Assembly: GCA_027618655.1 (NCBI GenBank)
Contig: JAQCEL010000004.1
Coordinates: forward strand, 1-57,590
Reading direction: 5' to 3'
DNA length: 57,590 nucleotides
Source: Pseudomonadota bacterium
Lineage (GTDB): Bacteria > Pseudomonadota > Gammaproteobacteria > Ga0077536
The stretch's first letter is position 1. Every line of letters starts with the position of its first letter. Positions 27,102 to 38,000 of this stretch are shown piece by piece. A program made the position numbers and the translations under genes. The notes beneath the pieces are model-generated. The model did not search any database. It worked only from the letters and a program-made list of their open reading frames with translations, and was not told where the DNA came from.

Positions 27102-29513
27102 ATGAGATTCCGCCTCGCCAGCTGGGTGATGAATTATCGCCTTGGGGTAAGCATCGCTTTCCTCGTTATCACGTTAGCCGCCGCCTTCGGTTTTCCTAAC
27201 GTCGAAATCCGCACGATATTCAACGATATGTTGCCCGTCGACGACCCGTTTGTGCAGACGTTTTTTGATCATCGTGGCTTCGGTAATCCGCTCACGATGT
27301 CGGTCATGGTAAAACGAAAAAATGGCAACATTTATAATCCGGAAACGCTGCGCAAGGTTCATCAACTAACTCGCGACATCGATCTCGCGCCGAGCGTCGA
27401 TCACGACCAAGTGATTTCGATATCGACGGAAAAAGTTCGTTACGCCCGAGCAAATGCAACGGGTCTTGAAACACAACCATTGATGGACAATGAACCGCCA
27501 TCGACACCGGAACAAATGCGGGAATTTTTGAGTCGCGTAGAGAAATCGACCAACGCGCAAGTCTTCTACATCTCGGCGGACGAAAGCGCCACATTAATCA
27601 ACGCGGCTTTTCACGATACGGTAGATTACGGCGTCTCCTTTGCCTACGTACAAAACTTAGTTGAACAAGCGCGCGATGAGAATCACGATGTCTATCTCGC
27701 TGGCCAACCAGCGTTAACGGGGTGGGTGTATAAACTACAAAAGCAAACCTACAAGATATTCAGCGTCACCATCCTAGCGTTGATCATCGCGCTGATGTTT
27801 TACATGCGCAATATCGCGGGTGTTGTTACGCCAATAGTCTGCGCGCTCGTTGCTGGAATGTGGGGCTTTGGTTTCATCGGTTGGCTAGGGCGGCCGATCG
27901 AGCCGCTATTGATGATCGTGCCGTTGCTGCTGGTTGCTCGATCGTTTTCGCATTGTGTGCAATATACCGAACGCTACTACGAGATTTTGGTCCACATCAA
28001 CGATCGTCGTAAAGCGGCAGAAATCACCATGGCCATCATGATGGCGCCTTCGGTTCTAGGTATTTTGACTGACGTATTCGGCATTATTTTCATCGCCGTG
28101 GCGCCGATCACGACGATGGTGAACCATGCGATTTTCTGCGGCTTTTGGGCACTCTGGATCATCCCGACCGGTGTATTTCTGTGTTCCATCGTGCTTTCGT
28201 ATCTCCCTGTTCCGAAGAATATCGAATCCATCGTTGGTGGCGCCGAGAAAGAATCAGGTATTCATCTCGCGCAAGAGCGGCTACTCGAATGGATCGCGCG
28301 TATCGTTGTAGGAAAAAACGCGATAATTACTGCCGTTATCATCGGGGTTTTCGGTGCCGGCGCAATTTATCTGAATTCTCAAATTAAAATTGGCAATCCA
28401 GTTGAAGGCAGTAATCTGCTCTGGGACGATTCTGAATTCAATACTGCGGTACGTGCAATTAATGCTCACTTCCCCGGCATGAACACGCTTGAAATTATCT
28501 TGGAAGCGAAAAATCCGGATATCAGTAACCCGGTTGGCCGCAGCCCAGAGGTCGCGCGAGTCGCAACCAAGATACAGCGAATGATGGAATCTGATACGGC
28601 CATGATTCCACGCGCGACTTTGTCCTTTACTGATTACATGTCCGAGACGAATCGCCTGTTCTCAGGCGGTAATCCGAAGTGGCGCCCGCTAGATTTCACC
28701 GAAGAAGCCATTGACGCTGCGGGATTCGCTGCGTTATTCGGCAGCAGTCCGCTCAATTTTTCGCATGTCGTGGAATTCACACTCAACCATTCGACAGTGT
28801 CACTTTGGTACAAAGATAATAAGCAGGAAACAGTTGATGATGCACTTGCTAGCGCCGCGAGAGCAGTCGAAGCTGTCGGCATCGATCACGAGGAATTTAC
28901 TGTGCGCTTAGGTACGGGAGTAATCGCGATTCAGCAAGCAATGAATAGTGTCGTCGAACGATATCACTGGTTCATTCTCGGCCTGCTGAATGGGGCCGTG
29001 ATGCTGATTTCTGCCTACGCCTACCGGTCGTTCATGGCCGCGCTGATCTTGATGGTACCAGTGAACTTATCTAACTTTATGCTTGGCGCATCGATGCACG
29101 TGCTTGGCATCGGCATGGATATCAACGCGGTTATCGTCGCCGTTATGGGCGTCGGGATCGGCATCGATTACGGTATATATTTGTTATCCCGTATCTGTGA
29201 GGAATATAACTCCCAAGATCACGACCTTGAAAAGGCGATCCACGCAGCACTTACCACGACAGGTAAGGCGATCATGTTCACCGCGACGGTGATGCTGATG
29301 GGTATTTTGCCGTGGTATTTCTTATCCGATCTGAAATTCATGGCCGACATGGGCATTTTGTTAGTGGCTATTATGTTGATCAACATGATCTTGTCTTTGG
29401 TCGCTCTACCCGTCTTGGTCTGGTTTGTGAAACCGAAATTTTTGGCGCGCGAAGATCTTATGATCGGTGAGAGCGTCGATATGTCGAAACTCGTCGCAGA
29501 GAACGCCGCTTAA
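27102..29513 (+). CDS. RND-superfamily MMPL-type transporter
   Basis: 803 aa in two repeats of TM plus periplasmic domain; ARSFSHCVQYTERYYE, GVGIGIDYGIY, TTGKAIMFTA. Confidence 0.9.
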   Translation: MRFRLASWVMNYRLGVSIAFLVITLAAAFGFPNVEIRTIFNDMLPVDDPFVQTFFDHRGFGNPLTMSVMVKRKNGNIYNPETLRKVHQLTRDIDLAPSVDHDQVISISTEKVRYARANATGLETQPLMDNEPPSTPEQMREFLSRVEKSTNAQVFYISADESATLINAAFHDTVDYGVSFAYVQNLVEQARDENHDVYLAGQPALTGWVYKLQKQTYKIFSVTILALIIALMFYMRNIAGVVTPIVCALVAGMWGFGFIGWLGRPIEPLLMIVPLLLVARSFSHCVQYTERYYEILVHINDRRKAAEITMAIMMAPSVLGILTDVFGIIFIAVAPITTMVNHAIFCGFWALWIIPTGVFLCSIVLSYLPVPKNIESIVGGAEKESGIHLAQERLLEWIARIVVGKNAIITAVIIGVFGAGAIYLNSQIKIGNPVEGSNLLWDDSEFNTAVRAINAHFPGMNTLEIILEAKNPDISNPVGRSPEVARVATKIQRMMESDTAMIPRATLSFTDYMSETNRLFSGGNPKWRPLDFTEEAIDAAGFAALFGSSPLNFSHVVEFTLNHSTVSLWYKDNKQETVDDALASAARAVEAVGIDHEEFTVRLGTGVIAIQQAMNSVVERYHWFILGLLNGAVMLISAYAYRSFMAALILMVPVNLSNFMLGASMHVLGIGMDINAVIVAVMGVGIGIDYGIYLLSRICEEYNSQDHDLEKAIHAALTTTGKAIMFTATVMLMGILPWYFLSDLKFMADMGILLVAIMLINMILSLVALPVLVWFVKPKFLAREDLMIGESVDMSKLVAENAA

Positions 29514-29607
29514 CCGACTCGACAGGGGTAACGAACCGGTCCGTAGCCAGCAGAGGCTAGGGATCGGTTCGAAATTGAATTTCGCATTGACGGACTGAGA
29601 TTCACTG

Positions 29608-30234
29608 ATGCTTAAAGTGATCGGCGCCGGATTCGGACGTACTGGCACTTTGTCATTGAAAGGCGCTTTGGAAATGCTCGGTTTTGGACCGTGCTATCAC
29701 ATGCTGGAGGTTCTAAAGCGTCCACACCATGACCGACTGTGGCACGCCGCGGCGACCGGATCCAGTCCCGTCTGGGATACCTTATTCGACAGTTTTCAAG
29801 CAGCGATCGATTGGCCGGCCGTCCATTTTTGGCAAGCACTCAGCATTGCCTACCCAGATGCGAAAATTATTCTAACCGTGCGCGACGAACACGCTTGGTA
29901 TGAGAGCATTCGTCAAACGATCTTCGCCGCGATCAATCATCCCGACGGCGAACATGGGATAGGTTACAGCAAACATCGCTTGATGACCCGTGAGCTAATT
30001 TTCAAACAAGTATTCGACGAACGCATCGACGATGAACAATACGTTTGTGCCGTTTACCGAGCACACAACAATAACGTCATTGAAACCGTCCCGACGGATC
30101 GATTACTGGTTTATCGTCCGGGCGAAGGTTGGGAGCGGCTCTGCGCGTTCTTAAACGTTGACGTCCCGGACACGCCTTATCCGCATGTTAATTCGAGTCG
30201 CGATTACCGCGCGAAATTCGTATCTCCTGATTAA
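29608..30234 (+). CDS. Sulfotransferase-family protein (Sulfotransfer_4 type)
   Basis: KVIGAGFGRTGTLSLK.AL..LGFGPCYHM, AIDWP, PDAKIILTVRD, GWERLCAFL, PYPHVN. Confidence 0.9.
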   Translation: MLKVIGAGFGRTGTLSLKGALEMLGFGPCYHMLEVLKRPHHDRLWHAAATGSSPVWDTLFDSFQAAIDWPAVHFWQALSIAYPDAKIILTVRDEHAWYESIRQTIFAAINHPDGEHGIGYSKHRLMTRELIFKQVFDERIDDEQYVCAVYRAHNNNVIETVPTDRLLVYRPGEGWERLCAFLNVDVPDTPYPHVNSSRDYRAKFVSPD

Positions 30235-30365
30235 TGCGGCATCTCATTATTGTCGATGGGTCTTATCGGTGAGTCGCAAAACAGCCACATCTAGAAGCGC
30301 GTTTATGGGTACTCGATTTTCGCTTCACTTGCATCGACAATGGTAAAAACTTTGAGGAGAAGGGG

Positions 30366-32069
30366 ATGCTCGCAGGAATTTCAAAGTTCACTACCCGAAG
30401 CCGGTCGCTGTTCCACTTAGCTATTTGCGCGAGCTTACTTTTTTTCGTTGCAATGAGTGAAGTTGCGGCCGATCCAGCGACCGGGCAACGCGGGCTACTC
30501 GACGTGGCTGGCACTAAATCGCCCTATCTCGTGCAGTTCCTGATCTCAGGCTCCGATTTTCTAAGCATTCACGGCCTCACTTTCGACGCGAAAGATAATC
30601 TGTACGTCGGTAGCGTGATGGGACAAGCGATATACCAGGTTGACGTCGACACGGCTGATGTTTCGGTTTTTGTGTCGCCGCCGCAGGGCATGGCGGACGA
30701 CCTAGAATTCGGCCCGGACGGCACAGCCGTTTGGAGTTCGATTCTGACCGGGAAGGTGCACGCGCGTCGACCGGATGGGACCGTCTATAGGGTGGCGGAC
30801 AATCTCCCTGGCGTGAACGCTGTGGCGTTCCATCCGGATGGCCGCTTGTTCGTCACGCAAATCTTATGGGGCGACGCGCTATGGGAATTGGACATAAACG
30901 GGATTAAACCGCCGCGCAAAGTTCGTGCGGACCTGGGTTATCTCAACGGCTTCGATTTCGACCACGATGGATTTTTATATGGACCCTTGAACTTGAAGGG
31001 CGAAGTCGTACGCATGGATGTCGATAGCGGCGAAATTAAAACGCTCGCGACGGGTTTCGCCTTACCCGTTGCCGTGAATTTGGATAGTAAAGATAACGTC
31101 TACGTTGCCGATGGCAAGTTAGGGCGCTTGGTAAAAATCGATAAAGACACGGGCGCGCAAACCTTGGTCGCGACGGTGGATTCGGGTATTGATAATCTCG
31201 CCATTAATTCTCGTGACGAAGTTTTCATTACGAACTTAGTTGATAACGCGATCCTCAAAATCAATACGCGAACCGGCGCTTCTCGGACGCTCCTGCGTAG
31301 CGAGCTTTCGGTTCCGGGCGGGATCGACGTGGTGAGCAACGGGTCTCATGACACGATTTACTTGGCCGATCTTTTTACCTACAGCTCGATCGATGGTGAG
31401 ACCGGAGAAGTAAAAGAAATTAAGCGAGGCCTGGATGCGCATTTCGAATGGCCGATGGCCGTGGGTGTACAAGGAAACAAAGTCATCACCTCCAGTTGGT
31501 TCGCCGATGCGGTGGAAATATTCGATCGTAAGAGCGGCAAGTCACTCGCGGCATACCACAATTTGGTCGATCCCGTAGACGCCCTATTGTTAGCTGACGG
31601 CCGTATCCTGGTCGCCGAGCAAGGCACAGGTCGGTTACTTGCACTCAGTCCGAAAGACGACACCGAACGCCAAGTCATCGCGAGCGATTTACCTGGCATG
31701 GCCGCGCTACGCCCGTTTTCTAAAACAGAAATCTACCTAAGCGATATCGAACGTGGCGAGTTGCTACGCATAAACATCGATACGGGTGAGAAGACCGTTG
31801 TGGCAGGCGGACTCGATCAGCCCGAAGGATTTGATGTCGCGGCGGACGGCAGCATCGTACTGGCAGAAGTCGGCAAGCGGCGGATCGTTAGAATTAATCC
31901 AGTCGATGGTCAAGTCGCCGAGATCGCTGGAAATCTAGCCATTGGCTATCCGGCTGCTGAGGGCACGCCAGCTGTGTACATCACAACCGGTGTTGGCGTG
32001 TCGGCAAGTGGCGCGATCTATGTGACCTCCGACCTCAATACGGCGGTGTACAAAATCACAAAACAGTGA
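30366..32069 (+). CDS. Exported beta-propeller protein (SMP-30/gluconolactonase-like, probably two propellers)
   Basis: Signal-like N-terminus; repeated blades such as HGLTFD..DNLYV, DDLEFGPDG, NAVAFHPDGRLFV, NGFDFD.DG.LY, PEGFDVAADG. Confidence 0.78.
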   Translation: MLAGISKFTTRSRSLFHLAICASLLFFVAMSEVAADPATGQRGLLDVAGTKSPYLVQFLISGSDFLSIHGLTFDAKDNLYVGSVMGQAIYQVDVDTADVSVFVSPPQGMADDLEFGPDGTAVWSSILTGKVHARRPDGTVYRVADNLPGVNAVAFHPDGRLFVTQILWGDALWELDINGIKPPRKVRADLGYLNGFDFDHDGFLYGPLNLKGEVVRMDVDSGEIKTLATGFALPVAVNLDSKDNVYVADGKLGRLVKIDKDTGAQTLVATVDSGIDNLAINSRDEVFITNLVDNAILKINTRTGASRTLLRSELSVPGGIDVVSNGSHDTIYLADLFTYSSIDGETGEVKEIKRGLDAHFEWPMAVGVQGNKVITSSWFADAVEIFDRKSGKSLAAYHNLVDPVDALLLADGRILVAEQGTGRLLALSPKDDTERQVIASDLPGMAALRPFSKTEIYLSDIERGELLRINIDTGEKTVVAGGLDQPEGFDVAADGSIVLAEVGKRRIVRINPVDGQVAEIAGNLAIGYPAAEGTPAVYITTGVGVSASGAIYVTSDLNTAVYKITKQ

Positions 32070-32231
32070 TCTACGTGACCGACGACGAGTTAGGTTGGGC
32101 AGCGCGCGGACTAGCAGCATGGTCGGTAAAGCAAGACACTGAACAATGCTCGTGCCAGAATCAGCGCGTTACTCGGCGGGCATTGTGAATTCGTGCAATG
32201 CCACAATTTCAGCCTCTTGAGGGCAACTCTT

Positions 32232-33947
32232 ATGACCAAGACCTACGATCTAAAAATCATCAACGCACGCATTGCGGATGGCTCGGGCGATCCGCTGTTC
32301 GACGGCGAAATCGGCATTCGCGATGGCTTGCTCACGGCCGTCGGTAACGCACCGGGTGAGGCGACTGAAACGATCGACGCGCGTGGCCACATCGTGGCGC
32401 CCGGCTTTGTCGATATTCATACGCACTACGATGCGCAGATAGTGTGGGATCGAATGTTATCTATCTCGCCATGGCACGGGGTCACAACCGTTGTGATGGG
32501 CAACTGCGGTTTTAGCGTAGCGCCGACCCGACCCGAGCATCGCGACATGATCATCCGTACCTTGGAGAACGTAGAAGGAATGACGGTTGCCGCTTTGCAA
32601 GAAGGACTTGGAACGCAATGGCCGTTTGAAACATTTCCTGAATATCTCGATGCGATCGAATCGCGCGGCATGGCGATAAACGTTGGTGCGATGATCGGCC
32701 ACACGGCGTTGCGGACTTATGTGATGGGCGAGAACGCCACCGAACGTGAGGCCACTGGGGATGAGGTCCGCCGCATGCAGGAGCTGGTGGATGAAGCGAT
32801 GGATGCGGGTGCGATCGGATTCGCAACGTCTAAGGCGATCACGCATGTGGGGTATCAGGGCAAACCTGTACCGAGTCGCGCGGCGTCTTTCGAAGAAATT
32901 AAAAGCATCGCTGCTGTGTTAAATCACGGTGACCGCGGCGGTGTAATTCAAGCGACTGTCGGCCCAACCCTGTCTTACGACGAATTTCGGCAGTTGAATG
33001 AAGTTTCTGGTTGCCCTGTTACCTGGACGGCGTTGTTGGCTGGCGCTGCGATCAACGAGGGCACGGCGAGCGATCAACTGCGCCATTCTGAAGCACTGGT
33101 AAGCGAAGGTTATAACGTCGTTCCGCAGGTCACGCCACGGCCACTCAATTTTGAATTTCAACTCGCCGCACCGTTTGTGCTCGAGCCGCTGCGGTTGTTC
33201 AAACCGGTGTCACAAGCCGATCACGAAGGCAAAAAACGCCTGTACGCGGATCCGGATTTCCGCGCAAAAGTTTGGGAAAAGTTGGACGGCCGGGTTCCCG
33301 AAACGTTTAAGAATGGCTTTCGAGCCACGGTAATATCCGAGATGCCGGGCCACCCAGATTTGAACGAACGAAAATTATTCGACGTCGCAAAAGAACGCGG
33401 ACTGACGCCGGTTGAACTCATGTTCGATCTCGGTTTGGAATCCGATCTTAAAGCGCGCTTCCGCATGCCCGTGGCAAATCATGAAGAGGACGAAGTCGAG
33501 GAGTTGCTACTGAGTAAAGACACGGTGCTCGGCTTATCTGATGCTGGCGCGCATGCCAGCCAACTCTGTGACGCGGGGTTGACGACTTATTTATTCGGGC
33601 GCTGGGTGCGCGAAAAGAAAGTGCTGAAGATTGAAGAAGCCGTACGCATGGTCACGTCCCGGCCGGCTGAAGTGTTTGGGATCCACGATCGTGGACGACT
33701 GAAAGTTGGGCTTGCAGGCGACGTTGTTATCTTTGATCCCGATACGGTTGGCGGCATGCCCTTGCGGCGCGTGTGGGACTTTCCTGGCGGCGCGGATCGT
33801 TTAGTCTCCGATGCCGTCGGCATCGATATGGTAATCGTCAACGGTACAATTTTGCGCAAAGATAATGTCGATTGCGTGGCGGCGGATGGTCCCTTACCCG
33901 GGCGCTTGTTGCGCAACGGTCGGGCAACTGTCGCAACCACGGTTTAA
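32232..33947 (+). CDS. N-acyl-D-amino-acid deacylase family amidohydrolase
   Basis: APGFVDIHTHYDAQ, SPWHGVTTVVMGNCG, GLSDAGAH, DRGRL..G..GDVVIFDP. Confidence 0.9.
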   Translation: MTKTYDLKIINARIADGSGDPLFDGEIGIRDGLLTAVGNAPGEATETIDARGHIVAPGFVDIHTHYDAQIVWDRMLSISPWHGVTTVVMGNCGFSVAPTRPEHRDMIIRTLENVEGMTVAALQEGLGTQWPFETFPEYLDAIESRGMAINVGAMIGHTALRTYVMGENATEREATGDEVRRMQELVDEAMDAGAIGFATSKAITHVGYQGKPVPSRAASFEEIKSIAAVLNHGDRGGVIQATVGPTLSYDEFRQLNEVSGCPVTWTALLAGAAINEGTASDQLRHSEALVSEGYNVVPQVTPRPLNFEFQLAAPFVLEPLRLFKPVSQADHEGKKRLYADPDFRAKVWEKLDGRVPETFKNGFRATVISEMPGHPDLNERKLFDVAKERGLTPVELMFDLGLESDLKARFRMPVANHEEDEVEELLLSKDTVLGLSDAGAHASQLCDAGLTTYLFGRWVREKKVLKIEEAVRMVTSRPAEVFGIHDRGRLKVGLAGDVVIFDPDTVGGMPLRRVWDFPGGADRLVSDAVGIDMVIVNGTILRKDNVDCVAADGPLPGRLLRNGRATVATTV

Positions 33948-33963
33948 GAAGAGGCGAATACCT

Positions 33964-35085
33964 ATGATAAAACCAATCATTTCGGCCGATAGTCACGTTA
34001 GCGAACCACCAAATTGCTACGTCGATTTCATTGACAAGAAATTCAAAGATCGCGCACCGCGGTTACATCACGATGAAAAGCGCGGCGATGTATTTACTGT
34101 CGAAGGCAGCAAGCAACCGATACCCATGGCCTTGGTTTCAGCCGCTGGTAAATCCCCGGAAGAATTGTCACCCAAAGGCGCGCGGTTTGAAAACTTGCAT
34201 CGTGGCGGTTGGGAGCCGCACGCGCGGATCAAAGATCAAGAAACCGACGGGATTGCGGCAGAGGTGATCTACCCGTCTGTTGGTATGGAAATTTGTAATA
34301 TTCCAGACATAGATCTCAAGCAAGCGTGTATGGAAGCGTACAACTTGTGGCTAGCTGAATTCTGCGCGCCGTATCCGCATCGTTTGATTGGACTAGGGCA
34401 GTGTGCGATCCGCACGCCTGCTGAAGGCATCAAGGAACTCGAAGTAATAAAACGCATGGGTTTTAAAGGAGTTATGTTGCCTGGCTTACCGGCGCAAGAA
34501 GACTACCCTCACGAAATGTACACAGAGTTTTTCGACGCGGTTGTCGAACTCGATCTCGTGCCTAGCTTCCACATTCTCACCTCTGGTGAAGGCTTGCGAC
34601 AAGCTCATCGTGGTTCCAAAATCAATTCGTTCATGTCCGTCGTGCGTGGCAATCAAGAGATCATGAGTATGTTCGTTTTCGACGGCATATTTATGCGTCA
34701 CCCGAAATTAAAAATCGTCTCTGTTGAAGCCGACGGCGGCTGGATCCCGCACTATATGTATCGTATGGATCACGCGTATCAGCGGCACCGTCATTGGATG
34801 CGTGGCCAAGAACTCGAAATGACTCCAAGCGAGTATTTTCGCGAGCACATTTATTTTACCTTCCAAGACGATTACACCGCGTTTCAATTCAAAGACTACT
34901 TGAATATCGAACGGATGATGTGGGCGAACGACTTCCCGCATTCGGATTCAACCTGGCCGTGGTCACAATCGATCCTGGATAAGCACTTAGTGTCGATGAC
35001 GGAAGCGGAAAAAAACCTCATTTTGCATGAGAATGTGGCGAATCTTTATAAGCTCGACACGGCTGCCTTGGAAGTCGCGGCATAA
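33964..35085 (+). CDS. Amidohydrolase_2 family protein
   Basis: ISADSHVSEPP, EVIYPS, SFHILT, VEADGGWIP, MWANDFPHSDSTWP. Confidence 0.9.
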   Translation: MIKPIISADSHVSEPPNCYVDFIDKKFKDRAPRLHHDEKRGDVFTVEGSKQPIPMALVSAAGKSPEELSPKGARFENLHRGGWEPHARIKDQETDGIAAEVIYPSVGMEICNIPDIDLKQACMEAYNLWLAEFCAPYPHRLIGLGQCAIRTPAEGIKELEVIKRMGFKGVMLPGLPAQEDYPHEMYTEFFDAVVELDLVPSFHILTSGEGLRQAHRGSKINSFMSVVRGNQEIMSMFVFDGIFMRHPKLKIVSVEADGGWIPHYMYRMDHAYQRHRHWMRGQELEMTPSEYFREHIYFTFQDDYTAFQFKDYLNIERMMWANDFPHSDSTWPWSQSILDKHLVSMTEAEKNLILHENVANLYKLDTAALEVAA

Positions 35086-35149
35086 GCTGACCGATTGCCT
35101 GTCGCAAGCTGTCGATCGAAAAGTTTTGATTTGATTAAGGAGCTCGGAA

Positions 35150-35512
35150 ATGGCCGATGCAACACTATACGAGCGACTCGGTGGCGAGGGAAAAATTCGC
35201 GCCTTGGCGACATCCATTTTCGACAATCATGCGAAAAACGAAACCATCAATGCCCGCTACGGGGCGAGCGATCGCGACGATGTTATTCGGCTAGTGACGG
35301 AGTTTATTTGTGCTGGCACTGGCGGGCCACAGAGCTACTCAGGCAAGGACATGCTCGCGGCGCACAAGGGCATGAACATTAGCGAGCAAGAGTATGTCGC
35401 GGTGCTTGACGATATCCTGGATGCGATGAACGTGAATAGCATCGGCAAGCGCGAGCAAGAAGAATTTTTAATGATCGCCTACTCGCTCAGAGGCGAAATC
35501 TTGCATGTGTGA
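35150..35512 (+). CDS. Group I truncated haemoglobin
   Basis: TLYERLGG, TGGPQSYSGKDM..AH.GMNIS with the proximal His; AAGGAG RBS. Confidence 0.9.
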   Translation: MADATLYERLGGEGKIRALATSIFDNHAKNETINARYGASDRDDVIRLVTEFICAGTGGPQSYSGKDMLAAHKGMNISEQEYVAVLDDILDAMNVNSIGKREQEEFLMIAYSLRGEILHV

Positions 35513-35606
35513 TTGCTGGACTCCCAACAACACGATGAGCTGGAAAGCTACGATAGTGGCAGTCCATTTTTGCCCGACGTCCGCTAATTGATCCGTTGTA
35601 GGTGCC

Positions 35607-36827
35607 TTACAAAAACGCCGTCGGATGATCGTGTCCCGTGACTAGCGATCCATATAAAGATAGGTTCGCTTCGTGCCCAAGAAAGCCATGGCAATTAACC
35701 GCGGTTACGTCTTGATAGGCTTCTTGCAAGGGATGCCCGGGTTGTAAGACGGCCCCACCGGCTTGCAGGAACAATAGCTGGGTGGCTTTCAGACATTCTC
35801 TCGCCGCATAGCTCGTCTCTAAATTCACTTTGGCCGACTCTTCAGGACGCATTGCTTGTCCGCGTTCGGCGAAGCGTCGGATCGTTGCGGCCGATTGTTG
35901 GAGTAGCAGGCGCGCGCAATCGATCTGCATGCGCGCCGTGGCGATCGCCTCATGCGCGGCCGGGGCATCCACTCTAGCGATCCCTGCGAGCGGATAGGCA
36001 CCCGCTTTGGCGCCTTTTTCATTGAGATTCGCAACGAATGCTTGCAACGCAGTTTCGGCCGCGCCGAGTGCGGGGCCGGCCAAATTCAACACCAGCATCG
36101 GTACGAACGCGGCCATGTACAAACTTTCAGAATTTGTGGTCCGACCTGGGGATTGGTACGCGGTGGCGGTGCCGTATGATAAAAACCGATGTTCGGGAAC
36201 GAAGAGTTCTTTTGCTAATAGACTAATACTTCCGGTTGCCTGCAAACCGGATACATACCAGTCGTCCAATTCTTCGAGATCGTCGCCTGGCACCAGCATG
36301 CAGCCGACATCGCTCACCGCGTCGGCATCATCGACTATCAAAGAGCCTAACAATGCCCAATCGCGATGGTGCGCGCCCGAACAAAATGTGAAGCGCCCAT
36401 CTTCGATTAAATAACCGCCAGCAACTTTGCGGGTCATATTCTTGCTGGGATTAAGCGATGCGCAGGCCACTACATCCGGGTTTGCGCTGAACACTTCTTG
36501 TTGCGCTTGTTCTGGGAATAGCGACAACACCCAATTGTGTATTTGGAAGACCGCGAGCACCCAGGCACTGGCCGGGCAGGCTTCGGCGATCCGGGCAACG
36601 ATTGGGAGTACCTCATCCATGTGTAACTCGCTACCACCGAAGCGCTTTGGGTTGTAGACACGGTAAAGGCCGGCGGCGCGCATCGCATCGATGTTCGCTT
36701 TTGGGATGCGGCGCTCCTTGATGCTCGCGCTTTTGCGGGTACCGAAATCTTGGACAAGTTGATTGATAATACCTTCGTCAAAGGCTGCGATATCGTTGCC
36801 AGCTGAAGTCGCAGTAGTCGCGTTCAT
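35607..36827 (-). CDS. Acyl-CoA-dehydrogenase-fold flavin-dependent hydroxylase (group D, HsaA/C2-HpaH-like)
   Basis: AAGLYRV.NPKRFGG, CPASAW, FCSG, DDWYVSGLQATGS, VPEHR. Confidence 0.87.
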   Translation of the reverse strand: MNATTATSAGNDIAAFDEGIINQLVQDFGTRKSASIKERRIPKANIDAMRAAGLYRVYNPKRFGGSELHMDEVLPIVARIAEACPASAWVLAVFQIHNWVLSLFPEQAQQEVFSANPDVVACASLNPSKNMTRKVAGGYLIEDGRFTFCSGAHHRDWALLGSLIVDDADAVSDVGCMLVPGDDLEELDDWYVSGLQATGSISLLAKELFVPEHRFLSYGTATAYQSPGRTTNSESLYMAAFVPMLVLNLAGPALGAAETALQAFVANLNEKGAKAGAYPLAGIARVDAPAAHEAIATARMQIDCARLLLQQSAATIRRFAERGQAMRPEESAKVNLETSYAARECLKATQLLFLQAGGAVLQPGHPLQEAYQDVTAVNCHGFLGHEANLSLYGSLVTGHDHPTAFL

Positions 36828-36932
36828 GAGCTCACCAATGTTCTAAATAACCTGGGCTAGAATGTATCACATCCGAAAATTTGCTTTGACCCGCATCGAC
36901 AATGACGTGTCCGAGCGATAGCGCCGAGGAGT

Positions 36933-38000
36933 TTGGTTTTGAAATTCGGTATCACCGTTAGTCAAATTAAGGAAGTCGATCTCGACGTTCGTGCTGATCA
37001 ACTAGGCTACGATTTCTGTTGGGTGTGGGACAGCCCAATGATTCGATCAAACCTGTGGGCACTGCTTGCGCTGGTCGCTGATCGGACAAATCGAATTGCA
37101 GTTGGATCAGGTGTTGCGATTCCAGCGCTCTCATTGGCACCGGTAATCGCGAACGCGATTGCGACGATAAATGCGATTGCACCTGGGCGGACTTTTCTCG
37201 GTCTCGGAACAGGTAACACGGGTTTGCGCGCGATGGGGCAAACGCCAATGACGATTGCCGCATTCGAGCAGCATGTAAGAGTCATACGAGGACTCCTCTG
37301 TGGACAAACGGTCAGCTTCGAAGCGAACGGAATTTGTGAAGACATTGTGTTTCAAAGTCTCGCGCTCGAGCACATTAACCTTGACGATCCGATACCGATT
37401 CACATTGGCGGATTTGGTCCGCGCGCTCAAGCACTCGCAGGAGAATACGGCGAGGGTCCCATCACTGGCATTCCCCGCGGCGGCAGCATTCCAGACGCAC
37501 TCGCGAATGTGAAAATTGGTGCGGACCGAGCCGGGCGCCGATTAGAAAAATTTGAGACATACGCCTTGGTTAATTTGTTGCTATTGCGTCCTGGCGAGAC
37601 ATTAACCTCCGCGAGGGTGCTTAACGAAGTGGGATCGTCAATCATGGTCAACATCCACTTTATGTACGATCGCTATCGTAAACTCGGTACGCCACCGCCG
37701 GATTACGCGCAACCCATTTGGGAACAGTACGTTGCGTTTCGCAAAGCGCGTGATGCCGAGCGCTCGTTCACGCAAGCGCACGAGAGCCATTACGGTCATC
37801 TCGATCCGGCCGAGGCGCGCTTCATCACCCCCGAGATTATTCGAGCTTTTTGTATTGCTGGGCAGCCCGACGAGATTGTCGATCAGCTTAGAGTTCTAGA
37901 GGCGCAGGGTTTGACCGGCATCAACTTTATTGCGCCAGCTGAACGGCAATATACGATGTGCGATGAGTTCGCCGATACTGTGCTTGCAATGATGCGGTGA
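36933..38000 (+). CDS. LLM class oxidoreductase (Mer-like subgroup)
   Basis: LGYDFCWVWDSPM, TNRIAVGSGVA, INAIAPGRTFLGLGTG, IPIHIGGFGPR. Confidence 0.88.
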   Translation: MVLKFGITVSQIKEVDLDVRADQLGYDFCWVWDSPMIRSNLWALLALVADRTNRIAVGSGVAIPALSLAPVIANAIATINAIAPGRTFLGLGTGNTGLRAMGQTPMTIAAFEQHVRVIRGLLCGQTVSFEANGICEDIVFQSLALEHINLDDPIPIHIGGFGPRAQALAGEYGEGPITGIPRGGSIPDALANVKIGADRAGRRLEKFETYALVNLLLLRPGETLTSARVLNEVGSSIMVNIHFMYDRYRKLGTPPPDYAQPIWEQYVAFRKARDAERSFTQAHESHYGHLDPAEARFITPEIIRAFCIAGQPDEIVDQLRVLEAQGLTGINFIAPAERQYTMCDEFADTVLAMMR

